A stretch of 63,974 nt of DNA, filler included, from Actinomycetota bacterium (GTDB lineage: Bacteria > Actinomycetota > CADDZG01 > JAHWKV01 > JAOPZY01), in NCBI GenBank assembly GCA_025963875.1. It is 8 parts of 8 records of this genome, joined end to end, with 100 filler letters (N's around TTAATTAATTAA, not from the genome) between each part and the next. Parts side by side here need not be neighbours in the genome. Positions count along the whole stretch, not along the records: positions 44,718 to 61,119 come from JAOPZY010000255.1; positions 61,220 to 63,974 come from JAOPZY010000044.1; 6 more parts are not named here. The stretch is one strand, 5' to 3'. The notes under the pieces were generated by a model. That model ran no database searches and was not told where the DNA came from. It saw nothing but the letters and a program-made list of their open reading frames with translations. The stretch's first letter is position 1. Every line of letters starts with the position of its first letter. The translations under genes were made by a program, and so were the position numbers. Below are positions 58,087 through 63,974 of the stretch, in pieces.

Positions 58087-58776
58087 TCAGTCCCCGGCCG
58101 GCTCCCCCGCACCTCCGGACTCCGGCGGATCCCGCGGAGGATCACCCGGACGCCCCGACGGCTCTCCCCCGTCGGCTCCGGGAGCGCCGCCGCCCCGCCC
58201 ACGGCCCCGGCGGCGCCGGCGCAGACGGCCGCGCCGGGCGATTGGAGCCGCCTCCCTGGGGAGGTCGGGCCCCTCGTCGTCGCCGGTGACCTCCGCCGGC
58301 GCCTCGGCCGGTGCCTCCCCCGCCGCTGGCGGCTCGCGGCGGCGTCGGGCGCTCTGGCGCTCGGCCTCGTCGGGGGCGATCCTCACGATGAGGCGGTACT
58401 CCTGGGGCGTGGCGGGATACCCGTACTCCTCACGCATGGAGTCGATGATCTCTTCGGCGACGAGGCCGTCGGCGGGGAGGGTCTGCAGGACGCGGGGACC
58501 GCGGTCCGCCATCTGCTCGAGCGCCGATGGCTCGGCCCGCGAGGCGCCGGAGCGTCGCCGTCGCCGTCGCCCGCTCGACCGGCGGGCACCCTCGGCTCCG
58601 GGAGGCGTCGCCCCCTGCTGCTGACCGCCCTGCGGGGCCTGCCTCTGGCGGGGGCCGCCCTTTCTCGGTCCGCCCTGGGGCTTCGGGGCGGCCTCGGCTC
58701 CCGGAGCAGACGCGCCGGATCCATCGCCACCGGCCGCCCTCCGGGTGCCACCCCGGCGCCGCCTACCGCGCGACAT
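58087..58776 (-). CDS. Hypothetical Arg/Gly-rich disordered protein with a small ordered core
   Basis: Follows rsfS by 6 nt; core LPADGLVAEEIIDSMREEYGYPATPQEYRLIVR flanked by RRRR tracts. Confidence 0.55.
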   Translation of the reverse strand: MSRGRRRRGGTRRAAGGDGSGASAPGAEAAPKPQGGPRKGGPRQRQAPQGGQQQGATPPGAEGARRSSGRRRRRRSGASRAEPSALEQMADRGPRVLQTLPADGLVAEEIIDSMREEYGYPATPQEYRLIVRIAPDEAERQSARRRREPPAAGEAPAEAPAEVTGDDEGPDLPREAAPIARRGRLRRRRRGRGRGGGAPGADGGEPSGRPGDPPRDPPESGGAGEPAGD

Positions 58777-58782
58777 GCGCCC

Positions 58783-59193
58783 TCATGCGCTGCCTCCGGC
58801 CATTCCTTCTTTCCCCAGTTCCGCCCTGGAGACCTCGACCGTCCCGTCCTCACCGACGTCGATACGGTCTGCATCGCGCCAGAGGCGCTCCAGCTCGTAG
58901 TACTCCCGTTCCTCGGTGTGGAAGACATGGACCACGAAGTCCAGGTAGTCGAGGAGCACCCAGCGGGCCTGGCGGTCGCCCTCCCGGCGGTACGCCTTGA
59001 CGCCCTCGGCTCCGAGCTGCTCCTCGATCTCCTCGACGATGGTTGCCACCTGGCGCTCGTTGCGCCCTGAGCAGATCACGAAGTAGTCGGTGATCCCGAT
59101 CAGGGACCGGACGTCGAGGATGACGATCTCCGTGGCCAGCTTCGATGAGGCCGCCCGCGCGGCCGCCAGCGCCTGCTCCATCGAGTCACTCAC
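58783..59193 (-). CDS. rsfS: Ribosome silencing factor
   Basis: DYFVICSG.NERQV, WVLLDY.DFVVHVF, YYELERLW. Confidence 0.95.
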   Translation of the reverse strand: MSDSMEQALAAARAASSKLATEIVILDVRSLIGITDYFVICSGRNERQVATIVEEIEEQLGAEGVKAYRREGDRQARWVLLDYLDFVVHVFHTEEREYYELERLWRDADRIDVGEDGTVEVSRAELGKEGMAGGSA

Positions 59194-59218
59194 TGCTTCC
59201 GCCTTGACATCCCGCCTT

Positions 59219-60082
59219 TCATGTCCCGTTGTCTGCCTGACTCTCGTTTGCCTGACCGACGAAGTCAGATCCGAGTATCACGGTCACGTCAACCACCAAT
59301 CCGGATTGTGAAGAGGATTGCGGGGCAGCTTGCCCCGACACCGCGACGGTCCCCGTACCCAGGGCTTCCGTCGCCTCCCCCCCGATCCGTTTGGAGGCCT
59401 CAGTGCCAGAGTAAACGACGATCCGCGTCGTGGCGCTGACCCCGCCGGCGGCGGGCGCCTGCCGGGCCGTGACAAAGCCACTCGCCGCCAGGAGGAGCGA
59501 CGCCTGGCGGGCGGCGGTGGTCGACCCCGTGCTGTCGCGCAGCTCCACCCGCCGGCCGAACGCCCGCTCGCCGGTCAGGCGGGCACCCGCCAGGTGGGCG
59601 GAGACCAGCGCCTGGACGTCCGAGGGCGTGGGACGCAGCGGGAGCCGGTCATAGGCGGCGCCCCCGGCAAGCTGCGGCGGCGAGGGATCTGCGACGTTCG
59701 CCGACCGGTCGATTGCGATGCCGAGCAGCCCCGATACCGCCGCGGCCGCCAGCGGCCGCCCGCCTCGCGCCCGAGCCTGCTCCAGGGTGAGGGATCCGTA
59801 CCCCGGCACCTGGGCCGAGGTCTGCGGGGAGAGCGCAAGCCCGTACCGGGCGGGCTCGGAGCCGCCGGTCACCACCAACGCCAACCAGGACGGCCCGATC
59901 AGGAGGGACACGTGCGTGGAGGCCGAGGGGGAGATCGCGGCCGGGCTGGTCCCCGAGGCGCCCCTCAAGGCGCCGGATGAAGGCGGGGCCATCCCGCGCG
60001 GCCGGGGCGAGCCGCACGCGGCGCCGAGGACGGCCGGCGCGATCAACGCCGCCACCAGGCGGCGGTATGGGTGTCGGATCAA
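59219..60082 (-). CDS. Lipoprotein with LytR C-terminal-like domain (degenerate LCP-like)
   Basis: LGAAC lipobox; RVELRDSTG...T.IVVY...DVTVILGSDF. Confidence 0.6.
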   Translation of the reverse strand: MIRHPYRRLVAALIAPAVLGAACGSPRPRGMAPPSSGALRGASGTSPAAISPSASTHVSLLIGPSWLALVVTGGSEPARYGLALSPQTSAQVPGYGSLTLEQARARGGRPLAAAAVSGLLGIAIDRSANVADPSPPQLAGGAAYDRLPLRPTPSDVQALVSAHLAGARLTGERAFGRRVELRDSTGSTTAARQASLLLAASGFVTARQAPAAGGVSATTRIVVYSGTEASKRIGGEATEALGTGTVAVSGQAAPQSSSQSGLVVDVTVILGSDFVGQANESQADNGT

Positions 60083-60696
60083 TCTCCGGGGTGCTCGTAG
60101 AGGTGCCGCTCCTCGATATAGGAGGCAACCTCGGGCGGGACCAGGTAGTGGATCGGCCGGCCCTCTCGCACCCGGCGGCGGATGTCGGTCGACGAGATCG
60201 CGAGCGCCGGGATCTGGATGACGCTGACCCGGTCGCCGAAGCGGCCGAGGTCGAGCTTGCCGAGGTCGAACTCGGGCCGGGTGGCGGCAATGAAGCGGGC
60301 GGTCTGCAGCACCGCGTCGGGGTCCTTCCAGGTGAGGATCTCGAGGACGGCGTCGGCGCCCGTGATGAAGAAGAGGTCGGCGGCGCTGTGGAACTCACGG
60401 AGGGCACGGAGCGTCTCGGCCGTGTACGTCGGCCCACCCCGGTCGATCTCGAGCCGGGACACCGAGAAATGGGGGTTGGAGGCGGTCGCCAGCACGGTGA
60501 GGAGGTAGCGGTCCTCGGCCGGGGTGACCTGCCGCTTCTGCCACGGCTGGCCCGCCGGGACGAAGACGACCTCGTCGAGCCCGAACTGCCACCGGGCCTC
60601 CTCGGCGCACACCAGGTGCCCGATATGGACGGGATCGAAGGTGCCGCCCATGATGCCGAGCCTGCGGCGTCCGTTGCCTTCCGTGGTGCCCTCCAA
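60079..60696 (-). CDS. nadD: Nicotinate-nucleotide adenylyltransferase
   Basis: GGTFDPVHIGH, FFITGADA, ISSTDIR; start uncertain. Confidence 0.95.
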   Translation of the reverse strand: MEGTTEGNGRRRLGIMGGTFDPVHIGHLVCAEEARWQFGLDEVVFVPAGQPWQKRQVTPAEDRYLLTVLATASNPHFSVSRLEIDRGGPTYTAETLRALREFHSAADLFFITGADAVLEILTWKDPDAVLQTARFIAATRPEFDLGKLDLGRFGDRVSVIQIPALAISSTDIRRRVREGRPIHYLVPPEVASYIEERHLYEHPGD

Positions 60697-60734
60697 GCCG
60701 TTGCGCGATGAGCAAACAGAGTTGCACTCATCCC

Positions 60735-60925
60735 ACATCCTCGCCCTGCGGCGAAGAGGTGCTGGTCCTACACCTTTCGGCTGCCAGCTTGACGCTTCAC
60801 TGGGGAGCACCGGCTCACCGTGGCGAGCCTGCGACCTCTCCCCTCCACGTCCGTTTTGTGTCTCCGCCCCACTGGCGGCGACGTTGTTGCCTTTGGAACC
60901 GTTTCCCTGGCTTGGTTTTCGCCCG
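60735..60925 (-). ncRNA. Candidate structured cis-regulatory RNA upstream of nadD (family not recognised)
   Basis: Several hairpins and mutually exclusive helices in a 190-nt region upstream of the conserved NadD domain. Confidence 0.35.
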
Positions 60926-60926
60926 A

Positions 60927-61119
60927 CTACAGGATCAGCCGCGGGAGCGGCCCCGTGTCCACCAGTTCGGGGGCCGTGACCTCGGAGCTGCCGCCGCCGG
61001 ACACCAGCGACATGACGAGCCGGTAGACCTGGTCGGGCTTGGGTATGGACGTGAGTTCCCGCAGACCGTCGTGGGTCCCGGCCGAGTCGAGGCTGATCGT
61101 GCCGTAGCCCAGGAGCCGT
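60927..61119 (-). CDS. Bacterial PH-domain (bPH_2-like) protein C-terminus (5' cut)
   Basis: Manual translation RLLGYGTISLDSAG...IPKPDQVYR. Confidence 0.65.
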
Positions 61120-61219
61120 NNNNNNNNNNNNNNNNNNNNNNNNNNNNNNNNNNNNNNNNNNNNTTAATTAATTAANNNNNNNNNNNNNNNNNNNNNNNNN
61201 NNNNNNNNNNNNNNNNNNN

Positions 61220-63237
61220 CCCGGCGCGAGCACCGCCGCCTCGCCGAAAGCGTACGGGTCGCGCATCCAGCTCTGCGTCTGCCCACGTCCGGTGTAAAAG
61301 ACCTCGATCCGCTCGCCGTGCACCTCCTGCAGCCCGCGCAACGCGAAAGCGTACCGGTCGTCGTCCTCCATCGAGTCCCAGCGCGACGCATCGTCGGCCC
61401 AGGTGTAGCTCGCCAGGACGACGCCGCCCGGGCTGCCATCGATGGGGTGCGAGGGGTAGTACATGAAACGGTTCGGGTTGTCGCTCACCGATCCGCCCCC
61501 GACCACGTTGGTGGCAGGCTGCGCGGGTGGCGGCGTCGTCGAGTAAAGAGCATGGAAGGCCTTCTGCCCAGCCGGGATCGCGGCCTCGTCGACCGCGGGG
61601 TCGGCGCCCAGGGAGCCGACGCGCCCGCCCCGCCCGGCGGCTGCCTGGTACCGCTGGTAGAGGCCGGGGGTGATCCCGTTCAGCTCACGCCTCCAGTCGT
61701 CCTCGCTGAACTCCCACCAGCGCTTGGAGAACTCCAGCAACACCTTGGTCGCCGAGTCGTAATGCAGCTCGATGACCGAGCGCCGCTTGGGATACGAGAA
61801 CAGCGGGGCAACTTCGACGTGGCGCAGGCTGGAGAACGGAATCGTGATGATGGCCACGTCCGCCGTGAACGTCTCCGTGGCTACACCCAGGCCCTTGTTC
61901 TCGGCATCGGACTCGCTGACCGTCTGGATCCACACCGCCGGTCCGTTCGGACCCACGTGGGCCGCCTGCGAGCCGTCCTTGCTCGGATCCCAGTACTCGA
62001 TTCTGGTCATGCGGCGGTCCATGCGGATCTCGTCTTTCAGCATCGGCAGCAGGGTGTAGGGAAGCCGCCAGCTCCCACCGTCGATCTCCCAGTAGGTCAA
62101 TTGGGGGTTGATCGTCGCGAGCTCTTGGAAGCTGTGGATGAACGAGAGCGGCATGCGTGAGGTGAGGTTCTCAAGCGTGCCGATCGCCTCGATGGTCTGG
62201 TCGCCCAGGCCTGCCTGCTGACTGAGGAATCCCCACATGGAATAGTGATCGAGATCGTAGATGAGGCGTGCCCATCCCTCGACCCAGGCCTCCACAGGCT
62301 GCTTGTTGACTCGCCCGCCTGGGGTGACATCCGAGAAGTAGTCGCGGGCCGGGTCCAGCGCGGCGTTGAGGAGGTCGCCCGTGACGTGGCCGGCCTCGGT
62401 GCCGGGCAGCTGGAAGCCGCTGCTGATCACCGTCGGATCGGCAGCGTACTCGCTGCGGCGGGCTTGCTGGTCGTTCGTGCGGATCCACGTGTGACTCGCG
62501 TGGTCGGGCGCCCGGAACGCCGTCTTGTCCGGTCCGCGGCGCCACAGGGTGCCGTCGAAGGACTGGTAGGTGACAGCAGGCACCGGGGCATCCTCCTTGC
62601 CCGTGCCCGCCGCGACGTCCACGTTGTAGAAGAGGCGGCGGGGCAGGCCAAGCTTGTCGATCAACGCCAGCGTGAGGGGGTGGATGTCAGGGATCCGCAT
62701 GGCGCCGGCCTCGGCGTACTGGGCCTTGTCGGCGAACGGCGCCACGTCGCGCTCGGGGCCGGCGTGGAAGGTCTTGATCCGCCCCCCGACCCGGTTGCCA
62801 TTGGCCTCGATGATGGTGACGTGGTGGCCTGCCTGCTTCAGCAGCAGCCCGGCGGTCAGTCCTGCAATGCCCGCTCCCACGACGAGCACGTCCCGTGGCC
62901 TCCTGGTCTTGGGCAGGGCGTCGTCGATCAGGACCTTCAAGTACTGCAGCTTCAGGTCCTCCCCTCCGGGACCGACCAGGAGCATGGCTCGCGCCGCGCG
63001 GAGGCATGCCTCCCATCGGGCGCTGTCCTGGACGGGGGCCTGGCTGAGCGTGCGGAGGGCTGGGGCGGCTGGCAGGGATGCCAGGCCTGCGGCGCCGGCC
63101 GGGGTGGTGCTGGCCGGGGTGGTGCCGGCGGTCAGTCGCCGCCCGAATGCGGGCACAGCTGCGAACAGACCGAGGGCCTTCAGGAAGCTGCGGCGGCCGA
63201 CACTGCCGCGACGTTGATGCTCTGATCCGAAACCCAT
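61220..63237 (-). CDS. Tat-exported L-glutamate-oxidase-like flavin amine oxidase (3' cut)
   Basis: RRSFLK Tat motif; [37 protein letters not shown]; closely resembles recalled Streptomyces LGOX. Confidence 0.8.
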
Positions 63238-63974
63238 GACTCCCCCTCCGGCGGCTTATGAATATTGAGAGCTTCCGCGGTTTCTACCGATTCTCGGGGT
63301 CGCCGTCAAGGGACCAATCGGATCTTTCTGGACGCTTTGCATCGGGAATGAAGAACCCGAGGCCGTCATGGATCTCTGCAAGGCGATTTCGTGGTAATGG
63401 TTGGCCCCGAACCCGGTCGTCCGAGAAGTCCGCCAGCGTATTGAAGCGTATTGATGGTTTTCGATCGCGGCATACTCGGCACCGAACAGGGGGACGCCGC
63501 GGCGGGTGAGCGCGACCAGTCCATGCGGCCAAGAATCGCGATAATTTGTTGTCGCTTGCGTCCGGCGAGATCCACGGCGCATGGCGCGGAACCGGCATCG
63601 GAAAGGCTGTGGCTTCGGCATTTGTTCGAGGACCTGAGCACCCGCGGCTTTCGGTGCCACTGGGTGATGCTCGCCCAGAAATGAAGCCTCGCAGCGGCTT
63701 GCAAGGCTCCGGTGCGTTGCCTCTGAGGCAACCATCAACACCCATCTCTGGACGTGAACCCTTGCCTCCAGCAAGTGTGGGCGGCAGAGCACCGTGGTCC
63801 AAGTTCGCAGGTAATAACGAGTCGAACAATGCCACCCAAGCGTCAATGCCTGTCGCTAGCCACGAGGATGGGACCCCCCCTTGGCCACCAGCATGGGACC
63901 CCCTCCCAGTCCGCGGAGCCGGTTGAAGCATCGTCTACGGAGCTTCATCCGCTGTCAACGTGAGGGGGGTGCCC

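Noticed and set aside
63256..63974. ORFs in the lower-GC terminal region
   Set aside because: No recognisable motifs or consistent codon bias; left unannotated.

Overview
The window is not one locus. It is eight contig pieces of a high-GC Actinomycetota genome, joined by artificial 100-nt N spacers with a central TTAATTAATTAA. The organism is probably an uncultured lineage; the YW(L/M)[11 protein letters not shown] repeats suggest an Acidimicrobiia-like affiliation. Most content is ordinary: regulators, F420/flavin oxidoreductases, transporters, hisS, a TetR-ECF-fabD/H/G-acpP-fabF-acpS cluster, tRNA-Ala, rsfS, nadD, lon, and an L-glutamate-oxidase-like gene. Highlights: (1) an uncharacterised cluster (37765-42991) with coxG, eight single-TM proteins carrying heptad/amphipathic helices, and a MocA-like Moco nucleotidyltransferase, which may encode a membrane-anchored stalk or quinone conduit for a Mo-hydroxylase/CO dehydrogenase; (2) a SelW/Rdx selenoprotein (CxxU plus SECIS hairpin) missed by the ORF track; (3) an intact group II intron inserted antisense into a luciferase-like monooxygenase gene, with both junctions and EBS1/IBS1 resolvable; (4) a riboswitch-like structured leader upstream of nadD; (5) a shared palindromic operator linking a TetR to the fab operon; (6) a cluster of IS5, Tn3, ssb and IS256 remnants. 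Family calls come from motif recognition only; no database searches were run.
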